From NCBI GenBank assembly GCA_002269645.1, contig NIVC01002658.1, positions 88,027 to 152,026 of the forward strand: 64,000 bases of DNA. The letters are read 5' to 3'. Below are positions 39,201 to 52,500 of the stretch, in pieces (position 1 is the first letter of the stretch; every line of letters begins with the position of its first letter). The DNA comes from Macrostomum lignano (lineage: Eukaryota). Below the pieces are notes generated by a model. The model was not told where the DNA came from, did no database searches, and worked only from the letters and a program-made list of their open reading frames with translations. The position numbers and the translations under genes were made by a program.

Positions 39201-42040
39201 CGATGTGGTTGGCATGGCAACCATGAATGCCATCGGCATCACTTGAACAGGAGAGCTTGTAGCTGCGGTGGCTACTGGAACTTGAGGAGTGCTACCTGAA
39301 CGAGAGCAAAAATGGCCGGATGTGGTGGTCAAATTTTGACTACTTTTTGGTATAGTTGGGGACCTGAAAAATATTTTTTAACTTTTTACACTTTCTTTAC
39401 CTGTGACACCATTTTCGGCCACAAAAAATCTACAGTTTAATATCTCCGAATCCCTGAATCATTTTTATGCTTTATCTTCAGCTGTAAGACTTTCAAAGTA
39501 CTCCTAACCAAACTTTATTCTTTTAATCCTTGTTTCAGATATTCATAATCGAGCTCAATACTCACCTCTGAGCGGCCCGACTCCGGTAGGGGTCGCTGGC
39601 GAAACAGTTGGCGCCGCTGGCCGCTGCGGCTGCTTCGGAGCCTGGAACGGGTCGGCCCGGTCCAGCTGCGGAGTAGACAAGTTGAGGGTCCGCAGCCGGT
39701 TGTTGCCCAGCTGGTATCCCGAGCTGGCCTGCCTCAGCCGGTGCTGAGCAGTATGGCTAGGCAGAGTCTTGATCCCCGCCCCGATCGGGCGAAGGCTGGT
39801 AGTCTCCGAGTACACGTCCGACAATCCTTCGGATTCTTTACGCGAACTGGTGGCAGCTTCCTTGACCTTGTGGCTGGAATGCTGGCAGCTGCTGCTGCTG
39901 CTGCTAGCGTGGACTTCCTCGCTATGAAGCGAGTGGTCGTGCGAGTGGTCGTGCGAGTGGTTGTGCGAGTGGTTGTGCGAGTGGTTGTGCGAGTGGTCGT
40001 GCGAGTGGTCGTGCGAATGGGAATGCGGCTCTATGGATTGGTTTCGATTCGGCTCGTGCTTGTGGCCAATAGCAGGCCGTTGAGGAGGCATTAGCTGGTG
40101 CTGCTGTGCGTGGCTGTGGCTGTGGTTGTGATTGTGACTGTGGTGCTGCTCGGTTTGCTGCGGGCGGAGTAAATCCATTTTTGTATTTTATTTCACGTTA
40201 CGAACAGCTAAAATCTTTTTGATTGGTGGATTGGGAAGTTTGGATCACCATATAAAAACTACGAGCTAGACAGAACCTTACCATCGAATAGGAACTGGAC
40301 GATTCTTGGTGCTGCTGGTGGTGCGAGGCGGAGGCCGATGTCGATTGCCGCTGCTGCTGCTGCAGCGGCATCTGGCTGCTCTGCGACGGAAAGCGGAAGA
40401 TGCCACCACCTTGAAGAGAAGGGATGGGAGGCACAATGTCTGATGCCTGTAGGTCAACTAGCTGGTTTTTGTAAAAATTTGATTCACGGAACAATAGTGC
40501 ATCCGCCTCTGGAGCCAAAGTCGCTAGCTGTGTTCGATTCCGCGTTAATTAGTGCAGTTATAAATGGGTTCGCAAAAATGAAAATTTCCCCGGGGCTTGG
40601 GCCATTTGTTTAATTCCAATCCCAAAAAACCAATCCCAAGACACAGTGTGTGCACTGAAGATGAGAAGCTGCCGTACACCCTGTGCAAGCGTATGCGAAC
40701 AACGAAATGGGTCAACGAAATGGACACAACTGCAAGAGAACAAACAAACCAACTAACTAGAAACAGATGAAGTGCCAGTCATACAGTAACTGACTACACA
40801 CTTGTGAGTTTTCAGTCTCACCTGGACTGTCTGTGCGTGGAAACTCGTTCGGGCGTCCGACGTCACGGGGTGGCAAGCCACCCTTTTGGCTTGGAGGCGA
40901 CTGCAGCTGCGGCTGCCCCGACTTCGGGGGCTGCTGACCGGTCGGTGGGAACACCTGAAAGATGCTAACACTCTCTTCAACAGCCATTGATTCCTCGTGC
41001 TTCGAAGAGCTCTCCTTCGCGCTGCGATTGTAGCTCTGGCTCTGCTCTGCCGACGAGGAGCTCCGCATTGCTGCTGCCACGGCTGAAGACCCAGCCGCCT
41101 GTAAAGCTGAAGACTTCGCTGATTGCAGAGCCCCTGACGGCGACGCTGACGAAGAGTCTGCGGGCAGCTGCGATTTCGAAGGCAGCCGCGTTCGGGGCGG
41201 CGGCGTCGGGACTCTGCCGGCAGCAGCTGCCACGATGTCCGTGTTCACGTAGAGCGGCTCGGACGAGTCTGAGTCTCCGGTGTCGTCGCTGTCGCTGCCG
41301 CTGTCGGTGTCGCTAACGCTGCTGTCGTCGTGGCCGCCTCCGTTCCAAGAGTCCACTGGCTCGCGATCGTAGCCATCCCTGTGTAGCTTGGGCTCGGGGT
41401 GGCCTGCAAAAGTTGAGTCGGTGCAAAATGCACAGTGGTGCACCACTGAATCAACGCTTTCATTAGCAATGCAAGCTGAGGTCTTACAGCCTCGGGTAAG
41501 ACAGGGAAGGAAAGGTCATAAAGCCTGGGTTAGTGACGATAATAAAGAGGGATAAATTGAGAAAAAGCATAAAACGTCATTCAAACGTCATAAAAAATAG
41601 TTGCTAATCTGAGCTAGGAAGGGAGAGAATCATTATCTAGAGTCGACACTAACTTCTACGGAAAGTCTTATTATGCTTTTACAATCGTACACACCCGGCG
41701 AACGGCCGCCTCCGCCGCCACGGCCGCCCCATCCCGGCGGGCTCATCGGATTATCTGACGAGCCGCTGCCGTGGCCGCCGTCGCTCCATTTTAGCCGGCC
41801 GAGCTCGCGGAGTTGCCTCTGGGCGTCTTCAAGCTGTGCCATCAGCAGGCGCTCCTTTTCAGTCGCCGGCTGCCGTTGCGGCTGTCGCGGCTGGTGGTTT
41901 GCGGCTCGCCGGCCTCCGGCAGCGTTTGGCGCAACCCGATCTTCGGGCACCCAGACGTCCTCCAGAAGCTGGTCGATGTCGCCAGACTGGCTGTAGACTC
42001 GGGCGCCGCTGCTGTATCGCGGATACGGCGCTGCTGCCAT
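33260..42040 (-). CDS. TNS: Tensin-family SH2-PTB focal-adhesion adaptor, ~1150-1200 aa. Exons: 42040-41695, 41403-40822, (40729-40680 uncertain), 40446-40282, 40157-39566, 39295-38645, 38325-37864, 34715-34341, 33858-33621, 33392-33260
   Basis: SH2: [19 protein letters not shown]|[31 protein letters not shown]...LVRHFLIE...[35 protein letters not shown]: [19 protein letters not shown]...[18 protein letters not shown]...LFGFVARK...[12 protein letters not shown]. These are diagnostic tensin C-terminal motifs. Upstream exons are low-complexity but phase-consistent; the join between 40822 and 40446 is uncertain. Confidence 0.88.
33895..34282. repeat. 18-bp minisatellite (GGATCTGGGATGAGTCCA) in tensin intron
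   Basis: Direct tandem repetition between two PTB/SH2 exons. Confidence 0.95.
34780..37755. repeat. 41-bp satellite (GGAGCTTAATGTACTGCGTTTGAAGCTTAATACATCGC[T/G]AT), ~72 copies, filling the intron that splits the tensin SH2 domain
   Basis: Near-identical units with one diagnostic T/G site. Confidence 0.98.
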
Positions 42041-45000
42041 TTCGCTATACTTCAGCTATAAAAAATTGGAGTCAATCAACTGAGACTGCGATTTGCTGTG
42101 CTATGTTTCAATTTTTTCAACGAATTGCTGTAGTTTTCTTCTTCGTACGGCAGGAACGATTGGAGGGCAGCGACTATTAGCTCACCAAGGGCTCCAAAGG
42201 GGGGCCAATGAGTCCTGTTTTTTAGTTTAGATGCAGCTGGCCCCACAGTCGAGGCTTTTAGGACTGCAAAGCTGGGGTGAGAGAGTGGGCGCATGTGTGC
42301 TCAAAGTAAATCACCATAATCTGAGTCGCCAGTCTGCCCCGGTTGAGAACTCCAAACTGTACTGGCCACTGCAGCGCTTTTCTTCTATTGCCGCCCTGTG
42401 CTCTGCAGTGTCTACATCTCTCTCTCAGGGCTGCGCTCTTTGGGGGGGGGGGGAGGCGGCTACGCTGTACCCTTGCTGTGTATTGAGCAGGGCTGGCTTG
42501 GTTTTATGAGAGAGTTTGGGTGGGTAAGAAGAGCAAGAGTAGTGGCGAGAGGCGAGTATACGCGAACGTACGCGATGCTGGTGTACACTCACTTTGGCCA
42601 GGAGACGAAAAACTTACACCCTTGCTCTCTTCACCATTGCCAGGACAAACGCCTACTACTCTCAGCTCAATTTTATAGCCTGAGAAAAACCCAGACTTGA
42701 ATCTATAAAGGATAGAAGAGCTCAATGCACAACAAAGCTGACTAGCCCCAAAAAACTATTCTGTTGTTATATCAACAGGCTTAAATTGTGCATTTGATGG
42801 GGCCAGCAGGGTGGGACCTGCTCATCCAGATTCCAGACTGAGAGCCAAAAATGGCACCGCAGATTGTTGCAGCTTCTTGCGCGGGCGGACCCCCCATTGT
42901 AGGGGGGGGGGGTAATGTTTTGACTCTGGCTCGTTAAAGAGAAAGAAAAATGAGCCACTCGAGAGCTACTGCATTTTCTGCCCATTGCAAAGTATTCCTC
43001 AATTAAGTGTAGCTCTTCCAAAAGAGACATTCTATACCAACGAAAAAGATAGTAATAAACAGGAATGGAACTAATTTTTTTCCGTCTAGGCGCCAGAATT
43101 ATTATGAAGCACGCTCGAGTTTGGTAAACAAGCTAAACTGCTTTGAGACGAGGCAGCGTCGAGTGTAAGGAGAGCCAACGGGTTTTTGGTGTAGAACCTT
43201 AGGCAGGGAAGCCCTGTATCTTTGACTCGTTGAAAAATAAATGAAATGTGTTGCAAATCAATTAGTCTTACAAATATGTTATTATGAAAGCTAATAAGGC
43301 AGTAGCAAAGTTATTGCTCATACATGATACGGTTGTTGCTCAGTGGTTAGAGCCGGCTGATCGGCCGATCGAGAGAACTTCATCAAAGACGGCCTCCAGC
43401 TTTTTGCACTAAATTGATCATATATATATCTCCAAGGATCAAAGATATTAAAGTAGAACGTCATTCACGACGCCCCAGTACCAATGCATTTTTTCATCCT
43501 CCTTCTGACACACCCATTCGAGGCTATGCAGGCATCGGTTCTACGTTCGTATGGATATTAATATATATCATAAATAAGCACAGTTACAAAAATATCATTA
43601 TATGGATCGTACGAGCGATGTTTGAAGCTGCATTCAAAGAGTTCAAAAGTACAAGTGTTAAATTATTAGCCAATTTCTATTCAAAGTACACAGGGCTCTA
43701 GAATATTCAGACGCGCGTGCCCTCCCCTCGACTGGGAATTCGGTGTTCGATCTCCGATTTCCAAACATTCGGAACCCTGCCGCTCGAGCTTCATCCCCAA
43801 TTCCCGAGACACGAGATAATGAAATTTGCCAACTTATCAATCGATTGCTATGCACAGCAGTAGGTATATAGTAATTTTTGGGCTAGTTGTAATGAGAAGA
43901 AATGTTACTCACAGACTACATGCAACGATGTAGTCTGTGAGTGACTCCATAAGCAGCTAGCTGTACTTGTTTTCTCATACGCCGACTGAGTCTGTCTTGG
44001 GACTTGGGAGCGAACTGCAGTCAGATTCCCACGGGGTTTTATAATGTATGTGCGAAACTGCACCCCACGAGTTCCTGAACCCTGACGAGAGTTGAATAAG
44101 TGCTGTAATAGCTTTGTACACATGAAAGCTATATTTATTTAGCCTTTGCCAAAATCACAGACAGCTTTGCTATAGGGCCCGTCAGTAAATTTGCACATAA
44201 GCTACTCTCAGTTCAGTAGACAGTTTAACAGAAGCACCATATTGTATTTTAAGACCCGGCCCGTTATAATTGGCTCTTATTACCCCACCCCACTATAGCT
44301 TAACACCCCCATCGCGTCCTCCACACAAAACTTTTACCCCTAGTCCCATGTATTCTTCCTTGCTACTGAACTCGAGAGTTGAACTGTTTTACTAAGTGTA
44401 TATTACTCTGTATTCCTAAGTACTCAACCATGCATTGAGTGGTTCAACCATGTGTTTACATACGTCCCTCGCTGCGTTGGTGGACAGGCAATTGGTGGTT
44501 AGATGTCTCTAGTTGGCCAACTGATACTGTCTTGTTTCTGTTTTTCATTTTACTCTTATGTTCGTCGATATGCTGTGTTTTATCCCTTTGTCGAAATAGA
44601 ATGTGACTTTGTTTCTTTTGAATTTCAAATCTGCGCATGTGCGTCACTCGGGGACAACTTTGGCCACAGACAGTCTGAATCGAAGTTCTTCTGTTTCAAT
44701 AGAAAGGAACTTTGTTTGATTTGAATTTCCGCAAGGGCTGTTATTTCTTAAAGTACCAGGTAATTGAATTGAAGTTCTGCTTGTTTCTTTTGAACAAGAC
44801 TTTGTTCAAAATAGGAGGTAAAATGGTGTAGTAATTTCGAGTTCTAAATATTTAGATAGGCACAGCAACCAATCAAGAGAGGAGCCAAGGGGGTCCCCAG
44901 ACCCCACCCCCTGCCAAAGAAACCTTTGAACGATGTACTTTTGCTGTTGGTGTTGCATAAACTGCAAATCGTCGGCGATACAATGTAGATACCAGCTCGT

Positions 45001-45391
45001 TTATCATGCCTAGATGTGCCACTGTTAGTAGTACTCTGCGCTTACAAGCGGTGTTATTTGCTGGAAACATAATACAGGAATAATACAATAAAGATTGCTA
45101 AGGAATGAAAAAAAATTGCTACTGCAGTATCAAGAAGACCAAATTTCGGTTGAAAAAATAATAACCGATAGTAGTAACACATATATATAACAGCAGATTT
45201 AACGTTTAAAAAAACTGAAATACGAATTTTAGCAATTGAATGCTGTGTATTTTTGGTAGGCGGATACAACAATAGAAGTACACGTATCATATCGCTAATG
45301 ACAATTCTGTATAGAAATAAAAATGAGAGTACATTAGTTTAAAAAACAGAGAGCTAAAAACGAACAGACCGCACGCCGGTCATAAATAATG

Positions 45392-45635
<244 letters not shown>

Positions 45636-46318
45636 AGTAAATAAAACAGCCTTCCTGACACAGAAGAACACTCACAGAGCGCCCTGCTCTGAAAAAATGA
45701 AATATTTTTATCACCAATAATAATTAGAATTGTATATTCATAAGGATATACATGTACACACATACATACGGTACAACTAAAATCTAAATGATTTCCATCT
45801 CTACACTAATTATACTGTACAAGCTTAGGGTGCAGAAGTATAGAGAGAAGCAGAAGCATTGGGTGCAGCAGAGTATTGCTAAGGAGAAGCTGAGCAATGG
45901 ATCTTTTTAAACTCTGCTTGTTTATCTCACTCTAGAATACTAGCATTAATGAAACCTGCGATTCTAAGTGCAAGAATTAACATTTCTCAATATATTTATC
46001 CATATCTATGCATTGGAACAGCAGGTAGAACATGGGCTGCACTAAAAAAGCAGAAAAACGATATTCTCCAAGAGGGAAGCAGCGCGGAGACAGAATACAG
46101 AAATAAGCGGAGATGCAAACAACAAACAACAGAAGAGAGGGTAGCAGCTTTGAAATCTGAATCTACAGACAGAATACGATTATCTTACTATAAGTAGTCG
46201 CGTACAAAGATATCTAAAACGGAATACTTCTTTTCCATATCTACAATTTATTTAGCACAGTGCTGCAACGCATTATAAGATCACTGCTCAATATCTGCTC
46301 AGCAAAGTGGGATTGTAA

Positions 46319-46533
46319 CTGGGGTCGCAAACACCGGCCCGCTCAGGCCTTGTTCCTTCTCAGCTCTCTTTTTTCTCTTCTCTTTTCCGTCATCTCTCCT
46401 CCTATCACTTTTCCCATCTCTACTCTCTCCCCTTCTCTCACCTATCCTCTCTTTCTCCTCTCTCTTCCCCTATCATTTCATGCGCTAAATTCTATATCTG
46501 GCCTTTAAGGTAAAACAGTTTGTCGACCCCTTG
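46319..46533 (+). mobile_element. hAT/Charlie-like MITE, copy 3 (degenerate)
   Basis: CTGGGGTCGCAAAC ... TCTGGCCTTTAAGGTAAAACAGTTTGTCGACCCCTTG. Right end matches copy 1. Confidence 0.75.
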
Positions 46534-46709
46534 ATTACACAATGTATACTTGTTACTAAAAGAGAAAATCCGAACCTTAAAAGTGAGTAATACAAGTCGA
46601 AAGCAGTCTAACAGCAGCAAAGCAAAGCAGCTACTATCCAAGGACGACTTAAGTAGTAGGATTGGAAATTTTTGGGCGCCGCTGGTTATCGCGAGGAATA
46701 AAACTACGG

Positions 46710-47121
46710 TATGGGTCGGCAACCTCCGGCCCGCGGGCAACATGCGGCTCGCAGAGCCTCTCTATCCGGCCCTCCGGTCCTCAACTTCACATTGAGCTGC
46801 ATCCGGCCCACAAGAAATCAAGCAATCCGACCCACTCAATCTTTATATCTCTTCTCAACACTCTAATCTCCTCTCTTCCTCTCTCCTTTGTTCTCTTCTC
46901 TCTCCTCTCGTCTCGTCTCCTCTTTCCTATCATCTCCTCTCCTCCTCTCTTCTCTCTCCTCTTTTCTCCATTCCTCTCTTCTCCTTTATTTTCTCACCTC
47001 TTCTTTCTCTTATCTCACTCTCTCTTCTTTATTTCCTCTCCTCTCTCCCCTCCTCCCGGGCCGCAGTCAGTCTCTGGGTTCTCTTTCTGGCCCTTGAGGT
47101 AAACAGGTTTGCCGACCCCTG
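46710..47121 (+). mobile_element. hAT/Charlie-like MITE, copy 4 (longest), with CT-rich core
   Basis: GGGTCGGCAACCTCCGGCCCGCGGGC ... TCTGGCCCTTGAGGTAAACAGGTTTGCCGACCCCTG. Confidence 0.8.
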
Positions 47122-47867
47122 CACTGCGGAGACCGGAGCAAGCAAATTCAATGCTCATCTTTTATCATTGCCCCAGTGATTTTGTAAAGCTTGACAAAAA
47201 TAAACCTGCATTTCTCGCGCAAACCCAGCCCCAGAAATGTGTCTAAGAAACGAAGCTGCCTCTACTAAGTCGTTCTTGTTACTAACCAGGGCAAGCTCAA
47301 TAGCGGAGGCAGTTTAGAACTTCCAGCTCAGACAAAAAGAAGCCGCGGATCGAACGACATAAGCGAAGCAGAAATTCAACAGGCAAAAGAGGAGGCTCGA
47401 TCACATCCTCCTGCAGATCCAGCCCGAGTTGCTGGCGTTGTTATACAAAAGATACGCAGACAATTACGCATATAAATAAGTTAAATAAGGTTAAAGAATG
47501 AGTGCAGGAAATCAACATAATGTGTTACAATTTTCATACTCTTTTTCTGAAGGATCTGAATAACTATAACAGTTTAGCACTTTGCCGCAGTGCAAAGCAG
47601 TAAAGTTTAAATACAGAGTAGTGGCACATCGGGCCGTCCCCAGTCATTAGATCCATTGGATTTTTCAAGCCGAAAAACTGTTAATAATACAAAATATATC
47701 CAGTAAACTCCCCGATTGGCAAAAGTCGAAATTTGTCACAAACCTATCAAAAGTTCACACGAGCAGAGGAGACGGAACCACAGCTTAGAAGAAGTAATAG
47801 GAAGTCTTCAGTGACTGCAATGAATGGAGAGAGTTGAGGACAATGGTGTGAGCTCATTATCTCCTAC

Positions 47868-48020
47868 TTCTTACAGACTCCTGGATTCATTCTACTCCTT
47901 ACAGACTCCTGGCTCCATCCTACTCCTTACAGACTCCTGGCTCCATCCTACTCCTTACAGACTCCCGGCTTCATCCTACTCCTCGCTCCATCCTACTCCT
48001 TACTGACTCCCGGCTTCATC
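47868..48020. repeat. 28-bp minisatellite, ~5 copies
   Basis: CTCCATCC at 47913 and 47941. Confidence 0.8.
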
Positions 48021-48475
48021 CTACCCATACCTTGGCAGACAACTTGCTCACGTCGACCATGGATTGGTACTTGGAAGTTCGAAACGCAGACAGATTGAAA
48101 CGGTTCGCAGAGCCCATTGTGCCAGATTCTCTTAATCTGAAAGCGGCAAAATGGTAGTACAGGGGGGGGGGGGTTATTATCCTATAGCTCTTAGTCAATG
48201 CTCCAGGAGTATAGATATATCCTAGCAATAAAGTTAAGGAACAACATAATTACTTGAATAATGACAAAATATTCAAGTATTACAAAATTACCTGGCCGAA
48301 AAAAGGACACGCGCTAAAAGTATAATTCGATTAAAAAAAACAAGATTTGTTGTATATAGAAATAAACACGCAAGCAACCCAAAGAGATCCATGCCAAATA
48401 AAAATGTTATTGTGCTTGAATACTGGATAGGATAAGTCCTCTAAAAAGAACGAAAGCACGAGAGCTTAATTTTAA

Positions 48476-48765
48476 CTATCGATTATCTGGCTGGCCCTCA
48501 ACCACCACCCCAATCTTTTCTATCCCTGCTAGCCCCACTTTATTACTGTTGGCTTGCGGTTCTTCACTAGAGCCTTGCGATAGGCTATCGATTATCTGGC
48601 TGGCCCTCAACCACCACCCCAATCTTTTCTATCCCTGCTAGCCCCATTTTATTACTGTTGGCTTGCGGTTCATCACTAGAGGCTTGCGATAGGCTATCGA
48701 TTATCTGGCTGGCCCTCAACCACCACCCCAATCTTTTCTATCCCTTCTAGCCCCACATTATCAAT
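48476..48765. repeat. 109-bp tandem duplication, ~2.7 copies
   Basis: CTATCGATTATCTGGC at 48476, 48585 and 48694. Confidence 0.9.
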
Positions 48766-49518
48766 GCTTTCTTGCCGTCCTTCATCAGCAGTGTCTTGTG
48801 CGTTTGGGTAAGTCTATCGATTTTCCAGTTAGCTCTAGATAAAACTTTGCTATTATATAAATTAGCAGACTACCGCCTTCTTTAACTTTAATTGACCTTG
48901 AGGTGCAACATGATTATATGATTATTTAATGCTTGTTCATTGAGAGATTAGTAAATTAGTGAGATCATTAATCTCAGCGAGATTAGTAAACGAAAACAAA
49001 ACATAAAACTAAAATTGACCGAACAAACAAGCAGGCAATTAATGTTTTAGTACTACAAGTACTACATACATACTACACAGCCAATTAACAAAATTGCATA
49101 GAAATAAAACATTGAAAAAACGAACGATTCCCCGTTCAAGACAAGCCATGGGAATGTTGAAAGCGACTAAAATGAATTAGCTATCTACCGCTCAAAGAAG
49201 AAATTAAATTTCTAATTAAAGACAGAATACTCGTCCCTGAACCATGCTACTTCTACAAGTAGAATGAGGCAAATCACTTAATAGTAGAGGGTTGCACTTG
49301 TTTCTCCAAATGTATTCAACCAAGCACACGGTAACTAAGGCTGCTGGTATTGAGAGTCATATCAGCAAACGCGTTGATTGTTCAAAAACAATCGGCAATA
49401 ATCATAGCCTTCAAACTGCGCCATAAACTGAAGGCGATGCAATCCGATGCAGCAGGAAACACACTTACACTTTGAGAGCGCGGGATTTGGGTACTTGGTG
49501 AAGCTGACGGGTTGCCGC

Positions 49519-52500
49519 CTATAGCAACCTCGATTTAGTTGTTGGCGACTTGCGCGCTGTTGCAATTCTACAAAACGCGGCACACGAGATTTACATCACG
49601 CTTAGGTCTAATATGGATTACCTCTAGAACCAGCCGATCCACTCTAACATCCATCTACATGTACGAGTAGACTAAGGCGTTGAAGTTCATCTCGTGCTAA
49701 TCTCGTGTGATTTGGAGCCGATTCCCGACAATTTATCAGCGGCATTTTCTTACGGCGATTTGGCTAAGGCGAGAAGCGATTCTCCCGGTGGTTAAGAGAC
49801 GGTTCTCACAGTGAGTTTAAGGCAACTCTCATGGTGATCTAGAGGTGGTTCTCACAGTGAGTCTAAGGCAACTCTCATGGTGATCTAGAGGCGGTTCTCA
49901 CAGTGAGTTTAAGGCAGCTCTCATGGTGATCTAGAGGTGATTCTCATGGTGATCTAGAGACGGTTCTCACAGTGAGTTTAAGGCAACTCTCATGGTGATC
50001 TAGAGGTGATTCTCATGGTGAACTAGAGACGGTTCTCACAGTGAGTTTAAGGCAACTCTCATGGTGATCCAGAGGTGATTCTCATGGTGAACTAGAGACG
50101 GTTCTCACAGTGAGTTTAAGGCAACTCTCATGGTGATCCAGAGGTGATTCTCATGGTGAACTAGAGACGGTTCTCACAGTGAGTTTAAGGCAACTCTCAT
50201 GGTGATCCAGAGGTGATTCTCATGGTGATCTAGAGACGATTTTAATGGTGATCTAGAGACGATTCTCATGCTGATCTAGAGACGGCTCTCATGGTGAACT
50301 AGAGACGATCCTTATGGTGATCTAGAGACGATTCTCAAGGTAATCTAGAGACGATTCTAATGGTGATCTAGAGACGATTCTCATGCTGATCTAGAGACGG
50401 CTCTCATGGTGAACTAGAGACGATTCCACAGTGATTTTGAGGCGACTCTCCGGTAATTTAGAGGCAATTCTCACAATGACTTATAGACGCTTCTCACGGT
50501 GATTTAGAGAGGGTTTTTTACTAACTGGGATTTTGGAATGGACTTTAGATCTATTATGTCTATTAAGTCTATTATCTATTATTATGTGTAGTATCTATTA
50601 AGGGACAATTAGACTTTATTGAACTTATTAATTTACAAGAAAGTTCTAGCGAAAATCGAACATTACAGAATGGAATAGATTACTAGTCAATTTCGCCCCT
50701 ATTTCCTACTCAAAGAGTCTCAGAAAGAAAACAATTATCTCACTAGTTGAGACACATCAAGCATAGTCAGGCAAACACAGTTAAAATTGAAAAGCAAAAT
50801 TTATAATAAAAAAATCAACGATCTAAAAGTCGTAGACAATAATTATGCTCCAACTCATTATAACAGAAGAAATGATAATGAAATAGCACATATAGTCGAA
50901 TGAAATAAAAATGAAAAGAGGCAACAGAGAGACACAGCATTTCCTAAGCGTGTTTTAAGAAATAGTTGAAGCGCACAGAGAGGTCAGACAGACAGGCAGA
51001 CAGGCAGGTTTGCAAGACTCATCTCTCTTTCTCTCGTGCTTAACAATTAGGAGACAAAAAGCACAGAGATGGCCATCTATTATTTGCGATTTCAAATTCA
51101 TTCCGGTCTCACATATGCACTAAATGTAGGTGCAAGGTTGATGCAACGCCCTATAGCTTTTGTCTGAAGCTCGAGCTCGAGAAGGGGTAAAGCGAGTCTA
51201 GCTTTGGCGTAAAACCGGCCGCGAAAAAATGCAGGTTGAAATGACAGAACAGAGTTAGAGAGAAGAGATAGGGCCAATAGTTTACACTGGGAAAGGTAGG
51301 AGAAACCAGTTCGAGTTTCTCTTTCGTAGCCCAGCTACCATTCATTTTTCTCTGGCATGGAACTATTTCGCACTTTTACTTTAGTTTAATAAGCTTTTAG
51401 TGACTGAAATATTCATTTATTCATTTATTCAGGGCACAAAAACTTGAAGAAAAAAGGACGCAGAGGCGATAATCTCAGGGACACAAAAGCGCCAATCTCC
51501 GAGGCAAGGGACGCCAACCTCAGAAACATAGGGGCGCCAATCTCAGAGACAGGAGCGCCAACCTCAGAAACATAGGGGCGCCAATCTCAGAGACAGGAGC
51601 GCCAACCTCAGAGACACAAGGGCGCCAATCTCAGAGACACAAGGGCGCCAATCTCAGAGACAAAAGGGCGCCAATCTCAGAGACACAAGGGCGCCAACCT
51701 CAGAGACACAAGGGCGCCAATCTCAGAGACACAAGGGCGCCAACCTCAGAGACAGGGGCGCCAACCTCAGAGACACAAGGGCGCCAACCTCAGAGACACA
51801 AGGGCGCCAACCTCAGAGACAGGGGCGCCAACCTCAGAGACAGGGGCTTCAACAATAAAATCGACAAATCAGTAAAACTGACGGTCCACAGCAGGCTGCA
51901 CTCACCGCCTATCGTGCCGCAGCACTGTGGCCGACGAATAGGCCGGCGGCCTGGCAGCATACGAGGACGCACCAGCCGTTGATGCCGTGCTGGCTGTCGG
52001 CACCGAAGTCGACGTGACCAGACGAGCCCCGGGGCCGCCAGTTGACGTTGTAGAGGTAGCGGCCCGAATTTTGGCCCGATGCTGATAGTCGGCGGACGGT
52101 GCGCCAGTTGAGGTCATCGCCACTGTAGACGCTGTAGACGTTCTTGACAGATTGGGCCGGCCGGAGGACGACAGCGCCGACGTTGATGCCGGGTGCGCCA
52201 GCCGGATGCGTCGGTTCCGCTCGGCCTTGGCGTGGTTCAGCCGGTCGCCCTGGGTCTCCTCTTCGTTCTCGTTCACAACAGCCGGCTGGCTGGACGACGG
52301 CTGGTGAAAGCCGGCGCTCATGCTGCGCGTCACCGGGCCCTGCAGCGGGCGGCCCGCGGACAGAGCGGAGGGCGCGGTGCCGCCGCCGCCGCCGCCGCTG
52401 CTGCCGGAATCGCGGTTCTTGCGCGCCCTGAGCAGATCGCCCTGCAGCCAGCACTTTGCCTGCTGCGACTCCAGCCAGTCCTGCTGCGGGCCAAGCACGG

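Noticed and set aside
43325-43365. tRNA-like GCTCAGTGGTTAGAGC
   Set aside because: A-box only; no B-box or cloverleaf.
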